In this document: in pieces, positions 46,634-55,765 of the stretch
How positions within the stretch are numbered: position 1 is the stretch's first letter
Layout: the number at the start of each line of letters is the position of its first letter
Source of the DNA: Bacteroidales bacterium
GTDB taxonomy: Bacteria > Bacteroidota > Bacteroidia > Bacteroidales > F082
Reading direction: 5' to 3'
Assembly: GCA_024710405.1 (NCBI GenBank)
Contig: JANJUV010000008.1
Span: forward strand, 3,695-67,694
DNA: 64,000 bases
The notes under the pieces: model-generated
Databases searched by the model: none
Seen by the model: only the letters and a program-made list of their open reading frames with translations
What the model was told of the DNA's origin: nothing
Made by a program: the position numbers and the translations under genes

Positions 46634-47686
46634 ATGAATATGATTAGATTTGAACATCCGGATTACCTGTACCTGCTCATTTTGTTGCCTGTTATGTTGC
46701 TGATATTCATTGCAAGTGAACGGCTTCGGAAAAAAGCACTCAACAGGTTCACCTCATCGATTCTGTTAAAAGTGCTTATGCCTGACTCATCGGCATGGCG
46801 CAAATGGTTCAGGCACACTTTGTGGCAACTTTCCGTTTTCTTTCTAATAATCGCAATTTCCAACCCACAAACCGGCGCCAGGATGGAAGAAGTTAAACGA
46901 AAAGGTATCGATTTGTTTCTTGCCATCGATGTTTCTAATTCTATGCTTGCCGAAGACATTGTCCCAAACAGACTCGAAAGGTCTAAACAGGCGATAGGAC
47001 GACTGATCGACAAACTTGAAGGCGATCGCATCGGGATGATCGTTTTTGCCGGAAGAGCTTACGTGCAATTACCCATCACAACCGATTATCAGGCTGCCCG
47101 CATGTTTTTATCCACTGTCAACCCCGGAGTCATTCAGGCTCAGGGAACGGCAATAGGCGAATCCATAAGGCTGGCCATCAGCTCATTTGACCAGAATGAA
47201 CACAGCAAAGCTATCATTATCATTTCGGACGGCGAAGACCACGAAGAGTCAGCAATAGAAGCAGCTGAAGAAGCTGCAAAAGCCGGAATAAGGGTGTATG
47301 CCATCGGAATGGGATTACCCGATGGCGCTCCGATACCTATGGTAAATGAATACGGAAAACGAACCGGTTTCAGAAAAGATAAAAATGGCAATACTGTGGT
47401 CACCAGACTTAATGAGTCTATCTTACAGGAAATCGCACTCAGGGCAAATGGTTCCTACACAAGGGCGAACAATACAAGATCAGGACTTGAATTTATCTTT
47501 GAAGAAATCAATAAACTGGAAAAAGCTGAAATCGAAGCCCGAATATTTACTGACTATGATGATCGTTTTCAGATATTTCTGGCAATTGCGCTTATGTTGC
47601 TCTTGGCAGAAATGATTGTTTCAAACAGAAAAGCCAGATGGGAAAATAAAATTGACTTATTCGGCATAAATAAAAGTACCTCATGA
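46634..47686 (+). CDS. batB: vWA-domain aerotolerance protein BatB
   Basis: Carries FLAIDVSNSMLAED and IIISDGEDHE, with TM helices at both ends. 350 aa. Confidence 0.85.
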   Translation: MNMIRFEHPDYLYLLILLPVMLLIFIASERLRKKALNRFTSSILLKVLMPDSSAWRKWFRHTLWQLSVFFLIIAISNPQTGARMEEVKRKGIDLFLAIDVSNSMLAEDIVPNRLERSKQAIGRLIDKLEGDRIGMIVFAGRAYVQLPITTDYQAARMFLSTVNPGVIQAQGTAIGESIRLAISSFDQNEHSKAIIIISDGEDHEESAIEAAEEAAKAGIRVYAIGMGLPDGAPIPMVNEYGKRTGFRKDKNGNTVVTRLNESILQEIALRANGSYTRANNTRSGLEFIFEEINKLEKAEIEARIFTDYDDRFQIFLAIALMLLLAEMIVSNRKARWENKIDLFGINKSTS

Positions 47687-48429
47687 AAAAAGTAGTTAGT
47701 ATTCTGATCATATTTTTACTGGTGCTAACAGAAGCATCGGCACAATCCGACAGAAACCTGACCCGCAGGGGCAATAAGGATTACCGGTCAGGCAATTTCA
47801 GTGATGCTGAACTCAATTATCGTAAGGCTATAGACAAAAATCCACGTAACGAAGCCGCCGGCTTCAATCTGGGCAATGCCGCCTATCAGCAGGAAAACTA
47901 CCAGGAAGCCGGAAATAACTTCAAGCGTATTGCTGATATGAGCAACAACGCTTCCATGGAAGCCAAAGCACTGTATAATCTTGGGAATAGTCTGTTGAGT
48001 CAGCAGAAGTACGCCGAAAGTATAGAAGCTTTTAAAAGGTCCCTGAGATTAAACCCTGATGATGAAGATGCAAGATATAATTTTGAATATGCACGAAGAA
48101 TGCTGGAGCAGCAGCAACAAAACAACAATCAGGACGAACAACAGCAAAACAACGACCAACAGGATCAGCAACAAAATCAGCAGCAGGAGCAACAGCAGCA
48201 GGAACAGCAGGAACAGCAGGAACAGCAGCAACAAGATCAGCAACAAAACCAGCAAGAGAGTGAACAACAGCAAAACCAGCAGCAAAGTCAGCAACAACAG
48301 AAACTTTCCAAAGAAGAAGCCGAGCGTATGCTTCAAGCCCTGACCAATGAAGAAAGGCAAACTTTAGACAGATTAAACCAGGAAAAGGCAAGGAGTACTA
48401 ATGTAAGTGTATCTGAAAAAGATTGGTAA
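47683..48429 (+). CDS. batC: TPR-repeat aerotolerance protein BatC with Q-rich linker
   Basis: Signal peptide and TPR units (YRKAIDKNPRNEAAGFNLGNAAYQQENYQEA..., ALYNLGNSLLSQQKYAESIEAFKRSLRLNPDDEDARYN). A Q/N/D/E tract of about 64 aa follows. Overlaps batB by 4 nt. Confidence 0.8.
   Translation: MKKVVSILIIFLLVLTEASAQSDRNLTRRGNKDYRSGNFSDAELNYRKAIDKNPRNEAAGFNLGNAAYQQENYQEAGNNFKRIADMSNNASMEAKALYNLGNSLLSQQKYAESIEAFKRSLRLNPDDEDARYNFEYARRMLEQQQQNNNQDEQQQNNDQQDQQQNQQQEQQQQEQQEQQEQQQQDQQQNQQESEQQQNQQQSQQQQKLSKEEAERMLQALTNEERQTLDRLNQEKARSTNVSVSEKDW
48109..48300 (+). repeat. CAG/CAA-rich low-complexity tract inside batC
   Basis: Encodes QQQQNNNQDEQQQNNDQQDQQQNQQQEQQQQEQQEQQEQQQQDQQQNQQESEQQQNQQQSQQQQ. 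Includes (GAACAGCAG)x3. It generates the spurious out-of-frame and antisense ORFs at 48032..48391, 48049..48360 and 48059..48343. Confidence 0.9.
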
Positions 48430-48460
48430 CATGTGTATCTTTGCACACAGACAGCAACTT

Positions 48461-50329
48461 ATGAAGAAGCCGCTTCAGATATCAGGACTCTTTCTGGTCG
48501 TGTCGCTATTTTTTAGCTATAGTGTTGTTGCACAAAACATTAATTTTGTTGCAACAGCCAAATCTACTGTTGAAACAGGTGAGCAATTCAGGGTAATCTA
48601 TGAACTGAATGCAGAGGGCGAACGTTTTACCGGACCCGATTTTGGACAATTAAGGGTCATTACCGGGCCAATGACTTCAAGCAGTTCGAGCATACAGCTT
48701 ATCAACGGACAGATGTCAAGATCATTTACCCAATCCTACACTTATGTTGTTACTGCTGCTAATCCGGGTGATATCAACGTCGGACCAGCAAGTATATATG
48801 TCGACGGAACCAAAATCAATTCAAACTCCCTTTCTATTAAGGTTCTTGCTACTTCATCCGGTCAAAATCAAGCCCAAAATCAAGGTAACGAGGGTGCCAG
48901 AAACAGCTCCCAACAAACAACAGTATCTGACAAAGATTTGTATATCAAAGCATCCGTTGATAAAAATAACGTATTCCTTGGCGAGCAGGTTATTGTAACC
49001 TATCGATTGTACACCAAAGTACCCATATCGAATATGACAAACATTAAATTGTCCGCTTTCCCCGGCTTTTGGATGAAAAACCTGCTTGATGACAACGCAC
49101 CAATTCAGCAATCACGTCAAGTCATTAACGGTGAGGAATATGTTCTTGCCGATATTCGAAAAGTTGCATTGTTTCCGCAGAAAATCGGAAAATTGAACAT
49201 AGACCCTATGGAGATGCAATGCACCGCACAGTTACGCGTGCAATCTGACAGACGAAGGTCAAGAGACCCTTTTGAAAGTTTTTTCAACGATCCATTTTTT
49301 AACCGAAATGTGATCAATATCGAAAAGAAGCTGGTCTCGAACCCCCTCGAAATTAACGTAAAATCGCTTCCTTCTGCCGGCAAAACCGCTTCATTTGACG
49401 GTGCAATAGGACAGTTTAGTCTTCAGTCAGCTATTGACCGTACAGAACTTAAGGCAAATGAGGCAGCGACCCTAACTTACACGATCAACGGATCGGGAAA
49501 TATTGAACTCGCTGATTTTCCTGCCCCTGCATTCCCTCCTTCTTTTGAAGTGTATGAACCGAAAATAAGTGTGCAGACACGTACAGCCAATAATGGTGTG
49601 TCAGGCACAAAAAAAATAGAATATCTGGTGATTCCCCGACACCCCGGTACATTTACTGTTCCAGAAGTTAACTTCGTATTCTTCGATCCTGCCAAGAAAG
49701 AATACATCAGCCTTATGTCGCAGGAGTTTGTCATCAACGTGGCAAAAGGAACAGATGACAACAATTCAAGAACCATTATTTCGGGTGGACAGGAAAGCAT
49801 CAAAATACTGGGGTCTGACATCCGTTTCATCAAAACAAGACATCCTGAACTTGAGAAAAAAAACGATTTCTTCTTTGGATCCTCATGGTATTTCGTGATC
49901 ATCGCCGGTATTATACTCTCTTTTGCTGTAGCATTGATTCACATGCACAAAACCAGAAAACTAAGAAAAGACAACGGCCTGTTATTACGTAACCGCCAAG
50001 CCACCAAAATTGCCCGGAAAAAACTGAATAAAGCCCAGCTTTTTATGAAGCAGGGCAAGCAAAATGACTTTTACACCGAAATCAGTCAGGCAATCTGGGG
50101 ATATCTGTCAGACAAATTTAACATCCCACTTTCATCACTTTCCATTGGAACTGTTCAGGAAACCATGAACAATAACAACATTGATCAGGAAACAACAGGT
50201 ATTCTGATGGAAACCCTCAGCAACTGTGAGTTTGCACGATTTGCTCCTGGTGATCCGGGTCGAAAAATGGAAGAGTTGTATAGCCAGGCATTGGAGATTA
50301 TTTCAAAAATAGAAAGAAATTCAAAGTAA
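48461..50329 (+). CDS. batD: Oxygen-tolerance protein BatD
   Basis: Start moved to ATG 48461 (MKKPLQISGLFLVVSLFFSYSVVAQ). Large extracytoplasmic region, one C-terminal TM (WYFVIIAGIILSFAVALI) and a cytoplasmic tail. The size and gene order match BatD. Confidence 0.85.
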   Translation: MKKPLQISGLFLVVSLFFSYSVVAQNINFVATAKSTVETGEQFRVIYELNAEGERFTGPDFGQLRVITGPMTSSSSSIQLINGQMSRSFTQSYTYVVTAANPGDINVGPASIYVDGTKINSNSLSIKVLATSSGQNQAQNQGNEGARNSSQQTTVSDKDLYIKASVDKNNVFLGEQVIVTYRLYTKVPISNMTNIKLSAFPGFWMKNLLDDNAPIQQSRQVINGEEYVLADIRKVALFPQKIGKLNIDPMEMQCTAQLRVQSDRRRSRDPFESFFNDPFFNRNVINIEKKLVSNPLEINVKSLPSAGKTASFDGAIGQFSLQSAIDRTELKANEAATLTYTINGSGNIELADFPAPAFPPSFEVYEPKISVQTRTANNGVSGTKKIEYLVIPRHPGTFTVPEVNFVFFDPAKKEYISLMSQEFVINVAKGTDDNNSRTIISGGQESIKILGSDIRFIKTRHPELEKKNDFFFGSSWYFVIIAGIILSFAVALIHMHKTRKLRKDNGLLLRNRQATKIARKKLNKAQLFMKQGKQNDFYTEISQAIWGYLSDKFNIPLSSLSIGTVQETMNNNNIDQETTGILMETLSNCEFARFAPGDPGRKMEELYSQALEIISKIERNSK

Positions 50330-50330
50330 T

Positions 50331-51110
50331 ATGCTAATTAATAGAACATATGGAATCTGTTTTGTAATAGCTATACTGGCTTTAACTGCTAAATATGTTA
50401 AAGCTGATCACCCTGAAAATTACACTCTATACAACAAAGCAAACCAGTTTTATCAGGAGGCGATCTATGATTCTGCATTAGTAAACTATAAAAAAATTGA
50501 AGACAACGGATTCGCATCATCTGACCTTTATTACAACATCGGCAACACTTATTTTAAGCTCAATAAGCTTCCATCGGCGATTTTATACTATGAGAAAGCG
50601 AAGAAATTAAATGCCAACGATGATGATATTCAGCACAATCTCGACCTGGCAAACAGCATGATCGTGGATAAGATCGAAGCAGTTCCGCAGTTGTTCTTCA
50701 AACAATGGTGGAACTGGTTCTATGGAATGTTTCGTGCAGACACTTGGGCATGGTTATCAATTCTTTTACTATCAGCCACATTTATGATGGCATATTTATT
50801 TTTCGCTTCAGGCAATGTCACCGTACGCAAAACATCGTTCTTTGCCGGTCTGGTCAGTCTGGTGCTTACCATAATGTCATTTGGACTGGCATCACAAAAA
50901 TATTATTACACACAGCGGATCAACGAAGCAATAGTATTTGCACCAACAATTACCGCTAAGAGTGCACCCTCAACCAATAGTGTTGATCTGTTTGTCATCC
51001 ACGAAGGCACAAAAGTCCTGCTTCTAGATGAGGCTTCCGGATGGTCAAAGATTCGCCTGGCTGATGGCAGTATTGGCTGGCTGCAGTCAGAAGCACTTGC
51101 GGGAATTTAG
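50331..51110 (+). CDS. batE: TPR + SH3b aerotolerance protein BatE
   Basis: TPR (YYNIGNTYFKLNKLPSAILYYEKAKKLNANDDD), two TM helices and a C-terminal SH3-like segment (GTKVLLLDEASGWSKIRLADGSIGWLQSEAL). Confidence 0.8.
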   Translation: MLINRTYGICFVIAILALTAKYVKADHPENYTLYNKANQFYQEAIYDSALVNYKKIEDNGFASSDLYYNIGNTYFKLNKLPSAILYYEKAKKLNANDDDIQHNLDLANSMIVDKIEAVPQLFFKQWWNWFYGMFRADTWAWLSILLLSATFMMAYLFFASGNVTVRKTSFFAGLVSLVLTIMSFGLASQKYYYTQRINEAIVFAPTITAKSAPSTNSVDLFVIHEGTKVLLLDEASGWSKIRLADGSIGWLQSEALAGI

Positions 51111-51113
51111 GCC

Positions 51114-52355
51114 ATGAAGCCAACAATTGCGATAAAGCCATTATTATTCATTAGCATTTTGCTCTGCTTTACTTCATTGTATTCCTGTCTGAAATCAACA
51201 GAACCAGGATTACCTGACAAGGTTTTAAAAGTACTCAATGAAACGGGCTTTAACAGAATCGAACTTACCAAAACAATTGCTGAATTCATAGATTATCCTG
51301 ATGAATTGAAACTAAGCGGAGCATACTACCTTATCAGCAATATGGACAGGCAGTATTATGTTGATTTTGATGTTAAAGACACTCTTGGAAACATCTATTC
51401 AATCGATCCTATGTCATTTGGTTCAGAAAGTACCTTTCTGGCTTACTGGAAAAAACTGGACACGCTTTCAGGTGGTTTAAAATTTAAGGCCAGAACTTTT
51501 GTGCTTGATACGGATACTGTTGAGTCATCCATACTTGTATCGCGCATCAACAGGATTCTCGACACATTGACTAATCCATATCTGGATCGATATCCCATTG
51601 ATATCATCTTCGAATGCGCACTTCCGTATCGAATTGCAAATGAAGCTATTGAAAACTGGCAGAATATACTTCTTCAAGAATATCCTTTGCTTTTTGATCA
51701 TACCGACAAACTTGGGCCTGATAGTATGATTAGCCTGATTGACTCATTCGTAGAAGCAAATTTCAGATTTGATGGACGTTTTGTCAAACAATCATCTATT
51801 CAACCTTTACGTCAACTCATAATGAATAAGGCCGGAAGCCACGAAGATCTGGCTCAATTAAAAGTGAAGATGCTCCGCACTGCGGGTATTCCCGCCGTAA
51901 TGGACTATGTACCATATCTTGCTGATTCGGTAAACGGGTTTCATTGGGCTTCGGCAATGCAAGAGGATTTAAGTTTTAAACCACTTGTAAACAAAAACAT
52001 GCAATTTCTTTTCCGCGAAAACAACCTTCGGATTCCGAAAATCTACCGCAGGGTTTATACAATACAACCAAGGAGTCTGTTCAGAACGAAAGAAACTCAG
52101 TTCTTTACCCCTCCATTTTTAGGTCACTATGATTACCTAGATGTAACAGAGGAATACTTCAGCGTTGTTCACAATTCAATGAGTGCAACCAGTTCTGATA
52201 GCATAATATATTTAGCAGTTTATAACGATAGCATGTGGAAAGCAATTGATTATGCTGTTGTCGAAAACTATATTGGATCGTTTAAGAACATTAGACCGGC
52301 GTTGATGTATAAACCTGCTGTTTTTAAGAACGACTCGATCATATTACTCAACTAG
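51114..52355 (+). CDS. Lipoprotein with a degenerate transglutaminase-like core (tentative)
   Basis: Lipobox LLCFTSLYSC. The segment KAGSHEDLAQLKVKMLRTAGIPAVMDYVP...GFHWASAM resembles the transglutaminase-core pattern G-x-C-x-D-x-A...R-x-x-G-I-P-A-R...H-x-W, but His sits where the nucleophile Cys is expected. Starts 3 nt after the batE stop. Confidence 0.5.
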   Translation: MKPTIAIKPLLFISILLCFTSLYSCLKSTEPGLPDKVLKVLNETGFNRIELTKTIAEFIDYPDELKLSGAYYLISNMDRQYYVDFDVKDTLGNIYSIDPMSFGSESTFLAYWKKLDTLSGGLKFKARTFVLDTDTVESSILVSRINRILDTLTNPYLDRYPIDIIFECALPYRIANEAIENWQNILLQEYPLLFDHTDKLGPDSMISLIDSFVEANFRFDGRFVKQSSIQPLRQLIMNKAGSHEDLAQLKVKMLRTAGIPAVMDYVPYLADSVNGFHWASAMQEDLSFKPLVNKNMQFLFRENNLRIPKIYRRVYTIQPRSLFRTKETQFFTPPFLGHYDYLDVTEEYFSVVHNSMSATSSDSIIYLAVYNDSMWKAIDYAVVENYIGSFKNIRPALMYKPAVFKNDSIILLN

Positions 52356-52706
52356 CTGATTGCGCTGAGTATTATTGCCAATTCTTCTGAAACCCACCTT
52401 CTGCACACTCGCATTATCATCATGCTCTTATTTCTGTTGAGACCATAAACTTTGCTTTGATTACCGAAAACTTAACTTATGTTGAAGATCACTCAATTCG
52501 GCTTATCTTTGTTATGAATGGCAATCATTTTCTGACTGGGTATGTTGATGATTTGCTTTTCGAATGAAAAATTTGATCAGGGAATACTGCACAAGCTTGA
52601 AGACCATAAAGTGTTTTCCCGAAAAAAAACACTGCGGATTGGTAGCGAACCAGTACCTGAATTTAAAGTACTGTATGGTGTTAATTAATGTTAAATAAAA
52701 TCGAGT

Positions 52707-52714
52707 TATCTTTG
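52707..52714 (+). promoter_or_regulatory. Candidate -7 box TATCTTTG upstream of the BNR/T9SS cargo gene
   Basis: Matches TAnnTTTG. Lies 81 nt upstream of ATG 52795. An identical TTATCTTTGTT box lies at 52503..52513. Confidence 0.4.
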
Positions 52715-52794
52715 TTGCAGTTCTGAATAAAAACTGTAACTTGTGCCGCTATTTCAGTGCACTTGCAACAGAAACACAATCTAAATTACAGGAT

Positions 52795-55719
52795 ATGAAA
52801 AAAGGATTTTTACCCTTAAGTTTACTTCTGGCATCCATGCTGTTAACGCTAACCTTCATGAGTTCAACCACACCATCCGGAGGTTTAAGTTACACACCCA
52901 GGGGCAATGCTTCACCAGGCCCCGATGAGTATTTAAACAGCCTAAAAGCGAATCAGCACACAGGCAGCATCAATCCTGCCGATGTCAGTAACGCACGTTT
53001 GGGTGCAGCCATGATGGGTAGTTTCAGGCAATCAGAAGAAGAGCTGGTATGGACTTCACTGGGGCCTGATAATTTTGGGGGAAAGATAAAAGCCATCATA
53101 TTTGACAATCGCGATGCATCAGCGCAAACATTGTTTGCAGGCAGTGCAGGCGGCGGTGTATTCAAGACCTCCAATCAGGGAATAACCTGGTCACATGCCG
53201 GCACCACAAATCTTCAGGTTAGCTGCATGGTTCAAACTTCAACAGGTGACATTTTCGTTGGAACCGGTGACGGTTTTGAATCACAAAAATATAATGGCCT
53301 TGCCGATATGGGTTTTGTAACAGGCCTTATGGGTCAAGGTATATACAAATCTACTGATGGCGAAAACTTTACACTGATAGAAAGCACAAAGCCCGAAGCA
53401 AATAACAATCTTTCCGGATGGGCATTTGTGAACGCAATGGCAATCCACAGCAACAGGTTATATGCTGCTACAAACGGTGGCTTAAGGTATAGTGAAGACG
53501 GTGGAACAAGCTGGAATTTTGTATCTGATGCTGATGGCAATCAGCTCAGCGGAAATGCCACAGACGTAAATACCGGCAACGACGGAACAGTCATAGCCTC
53601 TGTCGATAATAAGTTTTACATTTCCAGAGACGGTTCAGTAAATGGTTTTGTTAACCTTTCTACCGGTGAAGCACCCGGACTGCCTGTTACAGGAGTTACC
53701 CGCCTTGAAGTAGCTATAGCCCCATCCGATCCTTCTGTAATGTATGCCGCACAAGTTGACAACCTCGGTGTGCATCTCGGGATTTATCGCTCAGACAACA
53801 AGGGTGAAACATGGGAAGTAATACTCCCTGCCACTAACTCTCAGAACATCTATCAGCAAAGGGGGAACTACAATAACCTTTTAACGGTGTACCCAAATAA
53901 CCCTAACAGAATTATCGTGGGTGGTGTTAACCTTTGGGAAGGAGTGCGAGTGGTTGAAAACGGTCTCTTTGCATGGGATGGCAAATCAGCCGGCTTCAGT
54001 GAATTATTTGAGGGATATGTACATATCGGACAGCAAGACCTTGTTTTTGTGCCTGATCAACCCTATTCATTCTTCGTTACTACAGATGGTGGTATCCATA
54101 AAGGTGTTGTCACAGGCAATAATTACTCCTTTACAGCTTCCAACCGTAACCTGATCTCTACTCAGTTTTATAAAGTTGCACCCAGCGGCATTGAAAACAG
54201 GGTTCTTGGAGGCGCTCAGGATCAAGGAAGTATATTTATTTCCGGAACAGGCAACACAACACGTCAGGGAACCGAGCTTTGGTTTCAGGGCGGATTTGAC
54301 AATTCAGGTCACGGTGGTTCCTGTGTCGTTTCAACCATCAACCCCGATGCGATTGTCTTAAGCGCCACAGCAGGTCAGATGAGAAGATCTGAAGACATGG
54401 CCTTTACATTTTCAACACAGTTCCTGGGAACCAATATGGGCAATACCCAGGCATTTGTAACTCCGATTGCTCTGTGGGAAAGTTTCACAGATCAGAACAG
54501 CCGCGACTCTGTAGTATTTCACGCAAGAAAAAATTATGCGCCCGGCTCTACGCTTAAAGTTAAAAGCCGCAACTTCGATCATCCTTTCTATTACGACCTG
54601 CCAGCCAATGTCGGACTTGCAAATGGTGATTCGATTAAAGTCAAGGATATAGTAGCTTCCAAGCTGTTTATTGCAGTAGCCAATAGACTCTTTATGACAA
54701 AAGAGTTTCTGGTATTCACCAAAACCCCTGAGTGGTTTGAACTTGCAAATACTTCAGTGGGTTACTCTGGAATTCCACAGTCAATCGCTTACAGCAAAGA
54801 TGCAAATCATGTTTTTGTAGGCATGCGCAATGGGAAACTTTACCGGATTTCAAATATTGCATTAGCCTACGATTTCGCACGTGCTGATGTCAGTAGCCCC
54901 GACTGTATTGTTGCAACCAAAGAATTAGTGGTGACCCTTCCAGGAACAAATACCCCAATTTCTCAGGCTATTACCTCAGTGTATGTCGATCCGACAAATG
55001 CAAACAATATCATCATCACCCTTGCCAATTACGGCAACGATCATTATGTTTTCATGAGTACCAACGCACTTTCACCAAATCCTACATTCACAAGTAAACA
55101 AGGTAATCTGCCCAAAATGCCGGTCTACTCTTCTTTACTTGAGATGAGCGACCCTTCGAAAGCAATGATAGGCACTGAATACGGAATCTTTATGTGCGAC
55201 AACATTTTTGCTCAGTCGCCAACTTGGTATGCCAGTCAGGGAGAAATGGGAAATGTTGCCGTGTTTGATCTCAAACAACAAATGATCAATAAGCCATCTG
55301 ACACTGTTCAACTTATCAATGTTGACACTTTGGTGGCAACATATCCAGGCACCAACAATTTCGGAATTGTTTATGCTGCAACTTTCGGACGAGGACTATA
55401 CAGGTGCAATAACTTCCGCAAACCTGTTAGCGTGGATGAACAACCTTATGTTAACAATGAATCTGTGTTGCAGATTATGATACATCCTAATCCTGTTCGG
55501 GATTTTACTACCCTTACTTTCGACATCATTACCGGAAGCGAAGTAGTTTACAGAATATTTGACCTGAATGGTAAAGTGATACATTCATCCTCTCTCGGAT
55601 TTTTCCCTTCGGGCAAACAGCATGTGAGTATCCCAACAACTGAACTCAGCCGTGGCACCTATATTATATCGGTTCAGTCAGGCAAACAGGTTTCAACAAC
55701 AAAACTGATCAGGTATTAA
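52795..55719 (+). CDS. Secreted BNR/Asp-box repeat (sortilin/GH74-like propeller) protein with T9SS C-terminal sorting domain
   Basis: Start moved to ATG 52795 (MKKGFLPLSLLLASMLLTL). Asp-box-like motifs: SNQGITW, SEDGGTSW, SDNKGETW, STDGENF, TTDGGI. The C-terminal ~80 aa (HPNPVRDFTTLTFD...YRIFDLNGKVI...GTYIISVQSGKQVSTTKLIRY) match the Por secretion tail pattern. Confidence 0.8.
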   Translation: MKKGFLPLSLLLASMLLTLTFMSSTTPSGGLSYTPRGNASPGPDEYLNSLKANQHTGSINPADVSNARLGAAMMGSFRQSEEELVWTSLGPDNFGGKIKAIIFDNRDASAQTLFAGSAGGGVFKTSNQGITWSHAGTTNLQVSCMVQTSTGDIFVGTGDGFESQKYNGLADMGFVTGLMGQGIYKSTDGENFTLIESTKPEANNNLSGWAFVNAMAIHSNRLYAATNGGLRYSEDGGTSWNFVSDADGNQLSGNATDVNTGNDGTVIASVDNKFYISRDGSVNGFVNLSTGEAPGLPVTGVTRLEVAIAPSDPSVMYAAQVDNLGVHLGIYRSDNKGETWEVILPATNSQNIYQQRGNYNNLLTVYPNNPNRIIVGGVNLWEGVRVVENGLFAWDGKSAGFSELFEGYVHIGQQDLVFVPDQPYSFFVTTDGGIHKGVVTGNNYSFTASNRNLISTQFYKVAPSGIENRVLGGAQDQGSIFISGTGNTTRQGTELWFQGGFDNSGHGGSCVVSTINPDAIVLSATAGQMRRSEDMAFTFSTQFLGTNMGNTQAFVTPIALWESFTDQNSRDSVVFHARKNYAPGSTLKVKSRNFDHPFYYDLPANVGLANGDSIKVKDIVASKLFIAVANRLFMTKEFLVFTKTPEWFELANTSVGYSGIPQSIAYSKDANHVFVGMRNGKLYRISNIALAYDFARADVSSPDCIVATKELVVTLPGTNTPISQAITSVYVDPTNANNIIITLANYGNDHYVFMSTNALSPNPTFTSKQGNLPKMPVYSSLLEMSDPSKAMIGTEYGIFMCDNIFAQSPTWYASQGEMGNVAVFDLKQQMINKPSDTVQLINVDTLVATYPGTNNFGIVYAATFGRGLYRCNNFRKPVSVDEQPYVNNESVLQIMIHPNPVRDFTTLTFDIITGSEVVYRIFDLNGKVIHSSSLGFFPSGKQHVSIPTTELSRGTYIISVQSGKQVSTTKLIRY

Positions 55720-55765
55720 TAAAACCCCGGAGAGAATAAAATAAAGAATTCAAAAACAAAAAGAT

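Noticed and set aside
42722-47686. The MoxR AAA+ ATPase plus vWA proteins might form a novel defence or secretion system.
   Set aside because: The gene order, sizes and domain content match the well-known Bacteroides BatA-E aerotolerance operon with its usual MoxR/DUF58 leader genes. Only the ninth gene is reported as a finding.
48032-48391. Leu-rich and Ser/Asn-rich ORFs overlapping batC.
   Set aside because: They are antisense or out-of-frame readings of the CAG/CAA tract. The sequences are low-complexity only.
52542-52688. The 48-codon ORF as a real gene.
   Set aside because: It has no signal peptide or recognisable motif and cannot be assessed without conservation data. I keep it only as part of the gap finding and do not list it as a feature.
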